The translations under genes were made by a program, and so were the position numbers. DNA of 64,000 bases, from positions 608,001-672,000 of the forward strand of contig CP045477.1 in the NCBI GenBank assembly GCA_009392915.1, in the 5' to 3' direction. The stretch is from Candidatus Forterrea multitransposorum CG_2015-17_Forterrea_25_41. Lineage in GTDB: Archaea; Iainarchaeota; Iainarchaeia; Iainarchaeales; CSSED10-239. Shown one piece after another: positions 9,451-19,933 of this stretch. Under the pieces are notes generated by a model that did not search any database, was not told where the DNA came from, and was given only the letters and a program-made list of their open reading frames with translations. Positions within the stretch are counted from its first letter, which is position 1, and each line of letters opens with the position of its first letter.

Positions 9451-11877
9451 TTAGAAAAAATCATTTAAACCTTTCTGTTTTTTACCAGTTACAAGCTCAT
9501 CTTTTGAAATATTAAAAACTTCAAAAATAGAAACTACAGAAGGTAATAACTGATTTTCAAGATAATAATTAGTATCATAATCATAATCATTTTCTTCTTT
9601 GTAAAGTCTTGCTTTATCAGAAATATTTTTAGAAGGATAATTTGTAATTATGTATTCAACTAAAGCATTTTCTGAAATCTTCTCTCCATTATTTTTAGCA
9701 TAAGATAATGCAGACATTGCAGGATTTAAAGTTTTATAATTTTTAAGACTTTTATGAACAAAAGATTGTAAAACTAATTTTTCAATAGGTATTTTTTTAT
9801 CTTCAAGAGCTTTAATAATATTTCTTACATACTCTAAAGCTTTTTTAACATCTTTATCAATTAAAAGAATATTAAATAATTCTTTTTGAGTTTCTTTTAC
9901 AAGCAAACACCAATCTCTTCTTACAAACTCAAAACCTTTAATCTTTAGAGAACCATCTTTTGAAAGAAGAGCATATTTTTTCTTAGCTCCCTTAGTTTTA
10001 TCTCTTGAAAGAACAAATAATCCAGAAGTAAAAAGACCCTCAGTTTCAAGAGACATTGACTCTGGAAGAGATTTATTTATTTTTTCAAGATCAGAATATA
10101 GTTTTTTTTCATCATTGTATTTTATAAAACAAGAATCTGTATCAGAATATATAACAGTATAACCTAAATTTTCAAAATCACTTATAGTTTCTTGAATCTT
10201 TGTCCTTACTAAATGATACATTATTTCAAGACAAGGCCTACAATACCATCTTGCACCTGCAAAACCCATGTAACCATAAGTAGATGCAAGTAATATTTTT
10301 AGAGCATATTGTTTTGCAAAAAGAGATCTGTATTCTTGAGTATCTTTTTTATAATCTTTCATTTTATTTTTAATTGAAATTCTTAGAGATAAAAAACTTT
10401 CTAAAAGTTCAGGAACAAAACCTTTTTTGTCTTTTGAAATTTTATAACCTAAAACTTCAGAATAATCTTTTGATTCAATATTAATTGTTTCAGGACTTAT
10501 GTTATATGCCATAATTAAAGAAATATGATAACTTCTAAAATCAACAACAGCAATATTTTCATGAAGTCCAACTAAAGGATCTTTTACAAAAGCACCAGTA
10601 AAACTAAACTCATATCTATTTGAAACAACTTCTGGGGTAGGTTTATTTTCAAGAAGAATATCTTTTTTAAAATAATTATAAATAAATAATTTTTCAATCA
10701 TCTGTCCTGCAGAAGTTCTTAAAGTATCATAAATTGGAGACGCTATTAATTTTGAAATTTCATTAATTATTGAAAGATAATTTATAGAAAGATAATATGT
10801 TGCAAAAACATCATCTATATTATATTCTATAATTTTTGCATAATCTTGAGAAGAATAAAGATCAATAAAATCTTTTACTTTTAAAATGATTTTTTTATTA
10901 CCAGTTATTTTTTCATAAACAGAATTAAGATCTAATTTAGAATAATTAAAGACTTGAAGATAGTTTAAAAGTCTCATTAAAATATAAGTGTCAATGTGTA
11001 TAATGCTATCTATAGATACTGAAGTATTTCCTCTTTTATGAAAAGTTAATTTTTTATTAAACTTTATATCTTGAGATTTAATTACTTTATATCTTTTATA
11101 AATATAATCAAAATCAAAACGATCTCCATTATAAGTGAATATTAAATCAGGATCTTTTTCTTCTATTCTTTTAAAAAAAGAATCAATCATTAAAGATTCA
11201 TCTGTAAAGAAATTAACTATTGTATTTTTTTCTTTAAAAGACTTATAAAAATCATCTTCATTAAAAGAAATATCTTTAAAGAAGAAAATCTCCTTATTAT
11301 AATTTTCATCCATCATACAGATGGAAATTATTGGAGAAGTTTTTGGTTTTGGAAAAGAAAGATCCTTTAAAGGTAAAACTTCAATATCAAAAGTTAAATG
11401 TTTTAAAGACTCTGGCAGAACATCTTCTAAAACTTCAAAAGAAAGTATTTTTGAACCTGTATAACTAAATTTAATTTTTTTAAAATTATTTAAAGAATGA
11501 TCAATAAAAAACCTTTGAATAAAAGGAATATCATACTCTCTTAAAGAATAAGAAGAAGATAGATTAATTTCTTTATCAAGTAAATGTGCTCTTGAAGAAA
11601 TTAATGATTCAATATCTTTAAAGATTATTTTATAAGAAAAAGAAGCGCCTTTTTTATCAGTTTTAATAATTTCTAAAATATTTTTTAAAGACTTAGAAAG
11701 TAAAATAAGATCTTTTTCTAAAAGAAGTTTATCTGAAACTAAATAGAAATATGGAGAAAAATCATAACTATAGTTTTTCTTAACACCATCATTTCCTTTT
11801 ACACTTAAAAAAAGAGAACCATCATAAAAGGCATTTATAAAAATACCTTCTGATTTTAAAATTGTATTAGACATCAT
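9451..11877 (-). CDS. polB: Family B DNA polymerase
   Basis: Pol motif C YSDTDS (VIYSDTDSCFIK), motif B KILLASTYGYMGF, and N-terminal exonuclease region. 808 aa. Confidence 0.85.
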   Translation of the reverse strand: MMSNTILKSEGIFINAFYDGSLFLSVKGNDGVKKNYSYDFSPYFYLVSDKLLLEKDLILLSKSLKNILEIIKTDKKGASFSYKIIFKDIESLISSRAHLLDKEINLSSSYSLREYDIPFIQRFFIDHSLNNFKKIKFSYTGSKILSFEVLEDVLPESLKHLTFDIEVLPLKDLSFPKPKTSPIISICMMDENYNKEIFFFKDISFNEDDFYKSFKEKNTIVNFFTDESLMIDSFFKRIEEKDPDLIFTYNGDRFDFDYIYKRYKVIKSQDIKFNKKLTFHKRGNTSVSIDSIIHIDTYILMRLLNYLQVFNYSKLDLNSVYEKITGNKKIILKVKDFIDLYSSQDYAKIIEYNIDDVFATYYLSINYLSIINEISKLIASPIYDTLRTSAGQMIEKLFIYNYFKKDILLENKPTPEVVSNRYEFSFTGAFVKDPLVGLHENIAVVDFRSYHISLIMAYNISPETINIESKDYSEVLGYKISKDKKGFVPELLESFLSLRISIKNKMKDYKKDTQEYRSLFAKQYALKILLASTYGYMGFAGARWYCRPCLEIMYHLVRTKIQETISDFENLGYTVIYSDTDSCFIKYNDEKKLYSDLEKINKSLPESMSLETEGLFTSGLFVLSRDKTKGAKKKYALLSKDGSLKIKGFEFVRRDWCLLVKETQKELFNILLIDKDVKKALEYVRNIIKALEDKKIPIEKLVLQSFVHKSLKNYKTLNPAMSALSYAKNNGEKISENALVEYIITNYPSKNISDKARLYKEENDYDYDTNYYLENQLLPSVVSIFEVFNISKDELVTGKKQKGLNDFF

Positions 11878-11907
11878 AAAAAATCTTATAAAAAATAAAA
11901 TATTATT

Positions 11908-12558
11908 TTAAAGAATACTTGAAAAGAAATACATAATAACAAATAAAATAATTGTCATAACAATATTTCCTAAAACTTCAAAATTAAACATTTTTTTTAC
12001 AAAATGATAAAACATTAAAATATAATAAACTAATAAAGCTATTGAAAAAATAAATAATAAAATTAATCCAACAACAGCTCCTCCACCTAAATTAGGAAGC
12101 ATACCTGAATTATAGATGTAATCTGGATTTTGAATTGCCATTGACATAAAAGGAATTACTTTTGGCATAAAAATTAAAACAATTGCAAAAACAACTAATA
12201 TTGCAATAATAGAAACTATTCTAAAAGCCGCAAGAGAAGAAAGTATGTTTTTTAGTTCTCCACCTTTTAGATTATTCTTACCTTTTACAAAATAAAGTAT
12301 TAAATAAATAATTATTCCTAAAATAAACCAACTAAAAACAAAAGTTATAATTAATCTAATTGTAAAATAGGATAATACATTTGGTGACTTTAACAAAAAT
12401 AAAACTAAAGTTTCAATAAAAATTGAAATGAAAATTACAATCGCAGCAGTAGAAACATCTACTTTTTCATAAAAATGATTAATTAGTTTTTTTGGATTAA
12501 AACTAACAATTTCTTTTTCATCTTCAATTAAGTTTTTCTTTTTAAGTCTAGCAACCAT
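11908..12558 (-). CDS. Integral membrane protein (unknown function)
   Basis: At least 5 hydrophobic helices. No catalytic Asp motifs. Confidence 0.4.
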   Translation of the reverse strand: MVARLKKKNLIEDEKEIVSFNPKKLINHFYEKVDVSTAAIVIFISIFIETLVLFLLKSPNVLSYFTIRLIITFVFSWFILGIIIYLILYFVKGKNNLKGGELKNILSSLAAFRIVSIIAILVVFAIVLIFMPKVIPFMSMAIQNPDYIYNSGMLPNLGGGAVVGLILLFIFSIALLVYYILMFYHFVKKMFNFEVLGNIVMTIILFVIMYFFSSIL

Positions 12559-12703
12559 ATAGTATCACAATATTATTATATATAAATATATTTATATATT
12601 TATCTTTTATTTATAATATTTCAAAAAACAAACAAATAAGTATTTTAAAGACAACTATAACATTATATTATTAAATAATTCAATAAATGGAGGTTTTTTA
12701 AAT

Positions 12704-12988
12704 ATGACAAGAAATAAAGAACAAGATTTGTTAAATGAAGCTATTTATGATAAAGGAGTAACTTCTCTTGATGATGTTAAAAAAGAAAAACCTCAAAAAG
12801 TTAAAAAAAAAGCTTTAGGTTATGATGAAGGTATTTTAGACACAGTTTTTAAAAAGAAAAAAGTTGTTAAAAACCAAGCTTCTGCTCGAAAAGAAAAGAA
12901 AGAAACCTCTCTTGGAAAAAAATCTATTAATCCTTTTAATATTTTTAAGAAAAAGAAAAAAGGAGTAGCCTTTTTTAATAAACTTTAA
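12704..12988 (+). CDS. Small lysine-rich hypothetical protein
   Basis: 94 aa, strongly K-rich, low complexity. Confidence 0.3.
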   Translation: MTRNKEQDLLNEAIYDKGVTSLDDVKKEKPQKVKKKALGYDEGILDTVFKKKKVVKNQASARKEKKETSLGKKSINPFNIFKKKKKGVAFFNKL

Positions 12989-13002
12989 ATTTTGAGAAAT
13001 AA

Positions 13003-13698
13003 ATGGATTTTGAAAGAAAAAAAGATGTTGAAATCTTAGAAGAGATTGTCCACAACTTAAATAATATTTCTACAAATCAAAACTTTATTATTAAAGAAAT
13101 TAATGAACATAAGTTTAAGGATGGGTTTATTATAAAAAGCAATCTTAGAAGAAAACTTATAACTCTAAATTACGAGGGCGAAAGAATAGCGCTTCTTGGA
13201 TTTACAATTAAAAACAGAAACATAGAAATCCAAAGTATACAAGGAATAAAAGGAACTACTTTTAAACACCCTTCAAATTGGCATCAATATCTTTTAACTC
13301 CTTTTATAGCATCTTGCCTTAAAGCATATCAAACTCCTCAGAGAGTTACTAAATACATTTCATTTCCAGATATTTCGTCTGGAGTTTTAGAAGGAAGAAT
13401 AAAAGAACTGAAAGGGCTTTTAGAAAAAATTAATGAGACAAATAAATCAGAGCCGAATTTTTTTGATAAAAAGAGAATTAGTTATTATACAGATAAACTA
13501 AAAACATTAAATCAAAGACTCATTATTACAAAAAAGATTAGAGACGATTATTTTACAAAAGAGGGTTTTATAAACCTTAATAAGCGCAGAGTCTCTTTAA
13601 TAGTTAATAAATATCAAGAACAAATTAATAGGTTAAAAAATAAGAAACCGCTTACAAGAATTAAAAGACTTAGAAAAAATACCATTAAAAAAAGATAA
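13003..13698 (+). CDS. Hypothetical basic protein
   Basis: 231 aa ORF with an R/K-rich C-terminal tail. No identifiable domain. Confidence 0.35.
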   Translation: MDFERKKDVEILEEIVHNLNNISTNQNFIIKEINEHKFKDGFIIKSNLRRKLITLNYEGERIALLGFTIKNRNIEIQSIQGIKGTTFKHPSNWHQYLLTPFIASCLKAYQTPQRVTKYISFPDISSGVLEGRIKELKGLLEKINETNKSEPNFFDKKRISYYTDKLKTLNQRLIITKKIRDDYFTKEGFINLNKRRVSLIVNKYQEQINRLKNKKPLTRIKRLRKNTIKKR

Positions 13699-13815
13699 AA
13701 TTACACTTTTTTTAAAAAGAAACCTAATTTTTATGGTTAGAAAATATATTTAAATAGATAGTTATATATATTATATATAATATACTTAATTATTAATTAA
13801 AAATGGTGAAAAAAA

Positions 13816-14220
13816 ATGAGTGATTTTCAAATAAAGTTTGCCCAAGCAGGACAACTAAAAGAAAGACAATTTATTGTAATTGAAGAAACAATCTGTAGAA
13901 TTGATACTATAGATAAATCAAAACCTGGAAAACACGGAGCTGCAAAAATTAGAATGACAGCAACAGGTGTTTTTAATGATAAGAAAATGAATCTTTTAAA
14001 ACCAGCAGATGCTGATGTTGAAGTTCCAGTAATTGATAAAGGAAACGCACAAGTAATTTCTGATTCTGGAGATAAATACCAAATAATGGATGTAACAGAT
14101 TACCAAACATATGATGTTGATAAAGCTGAATTTAAGGATCTTAAAGCTGGAGATAATCTAGAATATATGAAAGCTGGACCTTTTATTAAAATTGTTAGAA
14201 AGAAAGCAGACACAGAATAA
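13816..14220 (+). CDS. eif5a: Translation initiation factor 5A (aIF-5A)
   Basis: Hypusination loop KPGKHGAAKIRM. 134 aa. GGTGA Shine-Dalgarno upstream. Confidence 0.85.
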   Translation: MSDFQIKFAQAGQLKERQFIVIEETICRIDTIDKSKPGKHGAAKIRMTATGVFNDKKMNLLKPADADVEVPVIDKGNAQVISDSGDKYQIMDVTDYQTYDVDKAEFKDLKAGDNLEYMKAGPFIKIVRKKADTE

Positions 14221-14277
14221 TTAAATTCTGTGCTTTTTTTATTTTTAAAAGAAAAAAACCTTTACTAAAAAAAAGGT

Positions 14278-15813
14278 TTATTCTTTAATTTCTATTTTTT
14301 CAAAAAGATGACCTTGTTTTTTTATGGTTTTTCCTTCCATAGTGTTAGTGAAAGCTAACCTCTTATGTCCAAGATTACTCTCATCCAAACCTAGTTGTGA
14401 AAAAATTTCTGTCCATTTTCTTGTAAGAATAGGAGATAACTCTAAAGCAAGTATCCTTATAGACTCTAAAAGAACATACATTACTTGATCAAACTTTTCA
14501 AGATCTTCTTTTAAAAGATCCCAAGGTTTGTTGTCTTGAACATATTTATTTAAAGCATATGACATTTGTAAAATTTCATTAATTGCTTTAGATAATTCAT
14601 ATTCTTTATAATGATTATGAATTATTTGTATCTTTGATTCAATCTCTTCTGCAAAAGAATCTTTAAAGAAATTAAATCCATTTTCTTTATTTCTTTTTTC
14701 AGCTAAAGTAACAACTCTTGATAAAAGATTACCAATACTTGAAACAAGATCACTATTTACTCTTTCAACAAAGCTTTTCTTTGAAAATTGACCCTCATCT
14801 CCAAAAGGCATTTCTTTTACTATATAATATCTATAAATATCTGAACCAAACTTTTCAATATACTCTTCAGGATAAACTACATTTCCAAAAGATTTAGACA
14901 TTTTCTTTCCTTCAGACATCCACCAGCCATGAGCAAATTCTTGTTTTGGAAGAGAAACATCTATTGATTTTAAAAAGATAGGCCAATAGATTGCATGAAA
15001 CCTAGAAATATCTCTACCCATTAATTGAAAGTCAGGAGGCCAATATTGTTTAAATTTTTCAGAATCACTTCCACCTAAAGCAGAATAATAATTAAACAAA
15101 GCATCAAGCCAAACATATATGGTATGTTCTTTATCAAAAGGAAGTTCTATACCCCAAGGCACTTTTTCTTTGTGTCTTGAAATACATAAGTCTTCAAGAC
15201 CGTTTTTAATAAAAGAAACAAATTCATTTTTATTTGATTCTGGAGAAAGAAACTTAGGATTATCTTCAATATATTTTAAAAGCCAGTCTTGATATTTTGA
15301 AAGTTTAAAAAAATATGCATCTTCGTGTTCTATTGTAACTTCATGACCAATAGGGCATTTATTTTCAGAAACATCTTTATCTGTAAAAAAAGATTCACAT
15401 CCTTTACAATAATATCCTTTATAGCTACCTTTATAGATATCTCCTTTTTCAAACATTTTTTGTGCAATTTCTTGCACTGTTTTTTTATGTTCTTTATCAG
15501 TTGTTCTGATAAAATAATCATAAGAGATATCTAAATCTTTCCATACTTTTTTTGTATAGTCAACTAAAGAATCAAGAAACTCTTTTGTATCTTTTTTTTC
15601 ATCTTCTGCAGCTTGTTGTACTTTTAAACCATGCTCATCAGTTCCTGTTAAATAAAAAACATCAGAACCTAAAAGACGATAGTATCTTGCAAAGATATCT
15701 GCAACCACAGTTGTGTAAGAGTGACCTAAATGGAACTTACCACTTACATAATAGATTGGTGTTGTTATATAATATTTTTTTGGAAAATCTAAATTATTCA
15801 TAATTTTAATCAC
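14278..15813 (-). CDS. metG: Methionyl-tRNA synthetase
   Basis: HIGH motif (GKFHLGHSYTT), KMSKS motif (KMSKSFGNV), and the Cys-rich CPIGH...CKGC knuckle. Confidence 0.9.
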   Translation of the reverse strand: MIKIMNNLDFPKKYYITTPIYYVSGKFHLGHSYTTVVADIFARYYRLLGSDVFYLTGTDEHGLKVQQAAEDEKKDTKEFLDSLVDYTKKVWKDLDISYDYFIRTTDKEHKKTVQEIAQKMFEKGDIYKGSYKGYYCKGCESFFTDKDVSENKCPIGHEVTIEHEDAYFFKLSKYQDWLLKYIEDNPKFLSPESNKNEFVSFIKNGLEDLCISRHKEKVPWGIELPFDKEHTIYVWLDALFNYYSALGGSDSEKFKQYWPPDFQLMGRDISRFHAIYWPIFLKSIDVSLPKQEFAHGWWMSEGKKMSKSFGNVVYPEEYIEKFGSDIYRYYIVKEMPFGDEGQFSKKSFVERVNSDLVSSIGNLLSRVVTLAEKRNKENGFNFFKDSFAEEIESKIQIIHNHYKEYELSKAINEILQMSYALNKYVQDNKPWDLLKEDLEKFDQVMYVLLESIRILALELSPILTRKWTEIFSQLGLDESNLGHKRLAFTNTMEGKTIKKQGHLFEKIEIKE

Positions 15814-15881
15814 ATCCTTTATTTTTTATAAAGGCAAAATATTTAATGTAAAAAGATAATATAAAATATTTGCCAAAGACT

Positions 15882-15912
15882 TTAAAAAACCTGCTTTACT
15901 TAAGAGCAGGTA
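15882..15912 (-). terminator. Hairpin plus T-run immediately 3' of the 16055-16738 gene
   Basis: The minus strand reads acctgct-cttaagtaa-agcaggt (7-bp perfect stem) followed by TTTTTT. Confidence 0.35.
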
Positions 15913-16054
15913 TCACATGGCCATAATAAAAATAGTTAGAGCTAGAGAAGAAATATTTAAAGAGCTTTTCTCTTTTAGATATATGTTTTTACCTCTAAGC
16001 ATATATATTTTATAGAAAAAAACATATTTAAAGAGATGTTAAAAAGTTTTATAA

Positions 16055-16738
16055 TTAAACATACCCTTCAATGTATGCTGTTTTTGTTTTTATAAAAAGC
16101 TTTTTGGATAATTCAGGAAAAATTAAACCTTTTTTTAATTTACACACAAATTCAAAAAGTCCAATAGCAGGATAAGGAAGCAAATTATAATGAATATTTT
16201 CAAAAATAAATCCATTTAGAAAAACAGATAGCTCAGAAAGGTAATATTCAGATAATTTTTCTAACTCATTTAAAGTAAAAGATTTATCTGAAAAAAGATT
16301 TTTAATATAATTTAAAACATAATTTCTAAAAAGAATATTAGTATTAAATTCATCAAAAATTAAACACCTGTTTTTTTTATAATCAAAAGAATTAATTACA
16401 TCTTTCCAACGAACAATAATAATTTTTTTTTGAATATCTTGCAGATATTTTGCAATGATTTTTTCACACAATCTTTTTACTTGAGATCCTTTCTTAAAAG
16501 CAGTTTTTTTAGCAGAATCTTTTGAAAGATTAAAAAATATTTCATCATTAATAGCTTGGATTTCATCTGCAATTAAAATAGCTACTTTTTCGTTTGTATT
16601 TTCTAAAGCCCAATCTAAATATCTTTTAATATGTTCTTCAGAAAAATAATTATTTCTTACACTTATTCCAATATAAATATTAAATTTTTTATTTTTAACT
16701 TCAGTTTCATTTGTTAAAAAATAATTTTTAATAATCAT
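16055..16738 (-). CDS. Cyclodipeptide synthase (CDPS)-like protein (class-I aaRS-like fold); tentative
   Basis: IYIGISVRNNYFS resembles the CDPS catalytic-Ser pocket GIS-x-G/R-N-x-YFS. The Y-x3-E (YYLSE) with a Tyr 20 residues after the Glu matches the recalled spacing of AlbC Y178/E182/Y202. 227 aa. Confidence 0.45.
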   Translation of the reverse strand: MIIKNYFLTNETEVKNKKFNIYIGISVRNNYFSEEHIKRYLDWALENTNEKVAILIADEIQAINDEIFFNLSKDSAKKTAFKKGSQVKRLCEKIIAKYLQDIQKKIIIVRWKDVINSFDYKKNRCLIFDEFNTNILFRNYVLNYIKNLFSDKSFTLNELEKLSEYYLSELSVFLNGFIFENIHYNLLPYPAIGLFEFVCKLKKGLIFPELSKKLFIKTKTAYIEGYV

Positions 16739-16747
16739 TATATATAC

Positions 16748-18397
16748 CTAAGAAAAATCAATCTCAAAACCACAAACAGGCATAGTATAGTTGTGCTTTT
16801 CTAAAACTTCTGGAGAAAATTCACCTATATGTCCAACTTCGTCATCATTAATTATAACTGCAGCACTTCTTCCTTTAATATAAAAAGGATAATCTTTTTC
16901 TTTAAGTCTTAAAGTTTTACCTAAAACATTTGTTAAAGATAAAAGATATGAAGAGATTTCAGTAAAACTAATCTTAGAGTTTGCAATAACTGCTGCTAAG
17001 TGAAGTTTATTTTCAGATAAAGTATCAAGCTCTTTATTTTCTAAAACAACATAATCACAAGCAAATAATTTTTGTGGAAAAGACTTATGTTGATTATTTG
17101 TTAAAGCTTTAAATAATTTAGGAATAATCCAATTACCAACAATATTAATTGAACTTTCAGCACTAAAACCTAAAGGAATATATTTTTCTCCCTTTATATT
17201 AAAATTTTCAAAAGAATCTTTTTTTGAAGAAAGAATAAAAGGTAATATTTCAATAAAACCCATACCCACCATAGAAGTTATTATTTGTTCTTGGAAAATA
17301 GACTCCTTTAATCTTTCTCCATTAAAGTGAACATCTGAGTATGTAGGAGTAATATTGTTTATAGCAAACCCTCTTAAAACATCATCTACAACATCATTTT
17401 CATGAAGGATGTCTGTTCTAAAGATAGGAATGGTGACTTCTATTAAGTCATCTGATTGTTTATTACAAATAAACATCATTTTCTCTAAATTAGCTATAGC
17501 TTCTTTTAAAGTTAACTTAATTCCTAATAATTGATTTATATATTTTAAAGAAACAACCATTTTTCTTAAAGATACATCTGGAGAAATAATTTTTTTATCA
17601 AAATATTCAATTTCTAAAGAATAAACTTCTCCTCCAAAATCTGCAAAAATAGAAGTTAAAATATTCATTGTATTTTTAAGTTTAGTTAAGTTTTGACCAG
17701 TACATTCTAAAAAAACTTCTTTTGTGCTTTCTAAGACTCTACCTGTTTCTTGAGAGTTAATGATTGGAGGCATTGAAAGTATTTTTTCATTAGAATCTTT
17801 AAAGAAAAGATATTTTTGTTTATCTTTAACTAAATAAGAATATTCTTGACCAGTCGGATGATTTTTAATAATATCAAAACCAGTCATTTCTTTTGTTTCT
17901 CCTAAAGGTATAAATTTAATATTTTCTGGAAAATCTGCCATAAAAGTTATTGGAAAAGTTATTTTATCTAAAGGATAAACACCAATAGCAACAGATTTTC
18001 TTTTTCTACCATAAGTTAAGTGTAATTTTTCTTGAACATTTATTATTTCTTTTATTTTTTCAGAATCTAAATTTAAATTTTTAACAATTGCACACATGGT
18101 ATGATTACCATAATTAGTTGCAGATCTATCAACAATTACTTTTTGTTTAGAATCTTTTAAACTAAAAGGAGTGTATTTTTTTAAAGATAAATAACTTTCT
18201 AAAGCTCTTTTAAAACCTACAAAAGAAAGAAGATCTATTCTTTCAGCAGTAACTTCTATTTTTAAAAGATCTGTTTCTTTATCATAAGAATCTATCTCTA
18301 AACCAAAATCAAAAAGAATTTCTTCTAATTTTTCTAAAGATAAATCTTTTCCAATTTCTTTTTTTAATCTATTAAATTCAAAATCTATTACTGCCAT
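16748..18397 (-). CDS. pheT: Phenylalanyl-tRNA synthetase beta subunit (archaeal type)
   Basis: ~550 aa with B3/4 and B5 domains and a class II-like C-terminal core. Immediately downstream of pheS. Confidence 0.8.
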   Translation of the reverse strand: MAVIDFEFNRLKKEIGKDLSLEKLEEILFDFGLEIDSYDKETDLLKIEVTAERIDLLSFVGFKRALESYLSLKKYTPFSLKDSKQKVIVDRSATNYGNHTMCAIVKNLNLDSEKIKEIINVQEKLHLTYGRKRKSVAIGVYPLDKITFPITFMADFPENIKFIPLGETKEMTGFDIIKNHPTGQEYSYLVKDKQKYLFFKDSNEKILSMPPIINSQETGRVLESTKEVFLECTGQNLTKLKNTMNILTSIFADFGGEVYSLEIEYFDKKIISPDVSLRKMVVSLKYINQLLGIKLTLKEAIANLEKMMFICNKQSDDLIEVTIPIFRTDILHENDVVDDVLRGFAINNITPTYSDVHFNGERLKESIFQEQIITSMVGMGFIEILPFILSSKKDSFENFNIKGEKYIPLGFSAESSINIVGNWIIPKLFKALTNNQHKSFPQKLFACDYVVLENKELDTLSENKLHLAAVIANSKISFTEISSYLLSLTNVLGKTLRLKEKDYPFYIKGRSAAVIINDDEVGHIGEFSPEVLEKHNYTMPVCGFEIDFS

Positions 18398-18403
18398 GTT
18401 AAT

Positions 18404-19897
18404 TCACTCAAATTTTCTTTTAGGGATGATATAGTTTCTTAAGAAATCAATATCACAATCATCACCAAATACTTCCTTAATATTTCCTTTTTCTAAAAGA
18501 AGCATACCTATTCTTTCAATACCAATTCCCCAAGCAATTACATTATTTTTAATACCATAAGGCTCTAAAGTTTCTTGTCTGAAAATACCAGAATTCATAA
18601 TTTCTTTATAACTTTTTGATTTTTCAAAATATGCAAAAACTTCAACACTTGGTTCTGTGTAAGGATTATAAGTTGGTTTAATTTTTATTTTTGTAATACC
18701 AAGTTTTGCTAAGAATTCTTTAATAAAACCAATTAAATCTGAAAGACCAATATTCTTTCCAATAACAAAACCTTCTGCTTGATAGAATTCAGCTAAATGT
18801 GTTGCATCTAAAGATTCATTTCTAAAAACTTTACCTATACAAAAATATTTTGAATTTTTCTTTTCTTCTTTAGATAAATTGTAAAAAGTTCTAAAAGTTA
18901 CAGAAGTTGTGTGTGTTCTTAAAATTAAATCTTTTGCCATATCTTCATTCCAAACATATTGATGACCAGTAGAACCTGTTTCACCACCATTTTCATGAAC
19001 ATCTTTTATTTTTTCTAAAAAAGATTTATCTTTTACAAGACTACCTTTTAAAGGTAGATAAAAAGTATCTTGAAGCTCTCTCATAGGATGATCTTGAGAA
19101 ATAAACATTGAATCCATTGGCCAAAAAGAAACATCCACATAAGGACCTGACATTTCTTTAAAACCCATTTCTAAATAAAGATCTCTAATATATCCCATTA
19201 TAAGTCTCATAGGATGTATTCTTCCAATTTCTGCAGGTTTTGGTAGTTTAGAGACTTGGTATTCTTTAAATTTAAGATCTTTATAATCTCTTGATTTTAA
19301 AATTTCAGAAGTTAGATTAATTATTGTATCTTTATCTACTGCATAATCTTTTTCTTTTAAGAAAGAATATTCTTTCTCTAAAGTTATTTTTTTAAAAATA
19401 AATTTTCTTTGTAGAAAATCATTTATTTTTTCTTGAGAAGTCTCTTTTCCAGAAACAATTAAATTAAGATCATTTTTTTTAGAATCTATTTTTTCTTTAT
19501 AGTCTTTTGTTGGAACTATTTTTCCTTGTTCAATGGATATTAGATTAGTTCTTTTTGAAACTCCAAAAGCTAAAGAAACTTCTTCTTTTTCAAGGTTTGG
19601 AATATCAAGAGATTTTAAAGAAGATACTAAAACTTCTTTACCCTTTATAAAATCACAAAATATTTCTTCAATAAAACCATTTTTTAGAGAAAGAGAACCT
19701 ATTTCTGTTAAACTATAAGTTATAATTTCATCTACTTTTTCAGAAATTACTTCTTCAGATTTTAAAAACTCTAAAGCTCTTCTTAAAGAATCAACTTCTA
19801 TATCTAAAGCTGAATTAATTTCTTCAAAGCTTAAAGTTTTTTTTTCTTTTAAAAGATCATATAAAGAATAATCAATCTCATTTATTTTTATAACCAT
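18404..19897 (-). CDS. pheS: Phenylalanyl-tRNA synthetase alpha subunit
   Basis: Class II motif 2 FRNESLDATHLAEFYQAEG and motif 3 GIGIERIGM. Confidence 0.9.
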   Translation of the reverse strand: MVIKINEIDYSLYDLLKEKKTLSFEEINSALDIEVDSLRRALEFLKSEEVISEKVDEIITYSLTEIGSLSLKNGFIEEIFCDFIKGKEVLVSSLKSLDIPNLEKEEVSLAFGVSKRTNLISIEQGKIVPTKDYKEKIDSKKNDLNLIVSGKETSQEKINDFLQRKFIFKKITLEKEYSFLKEKDYAVDKDTIINLTSEILKSRDYKDLKFKEYQVSKLPKPAEIGRIHPMRLIMGYIRDLYLEMGFKEMSGPYVDVSFWPMDSMFISQDHPMRELQDTFYLPLKGSLVKDKSFLEKIKDVHENGGETGSTGHQYVWNEDMAKDLILRTHTTSVTFRTFYNLSKEEKKNSKYFCIGKVFRNESLDATHLAEFYQAEGFVIGKNIGLSDLIGFIKEFLAKLGITKIKIKPTYNPYTEPSVEVFAYFEKSKSYKEIMNSGIFRQETLEPYGIKNNVIAWGIGIERIGMLLLEKGNIKEVFGDDCDIDFLRNYIIPKRKFE

Positions 19898-19933
19898 AGA
19901 AATAACCTAAATTTATTTTATAATAGAATAAAA

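Noticed and set aside
11908-12558. Polytopic membrane protein considered as a candidate prepilin peptidase (PibD/FlaK) for the class III signal peptides
   Set aside because: No conserved catalytic Asp pair or G-x-G-D motif. LGGGAVVG lacks the Asp, so it remains an uncharacterised membrane protein.
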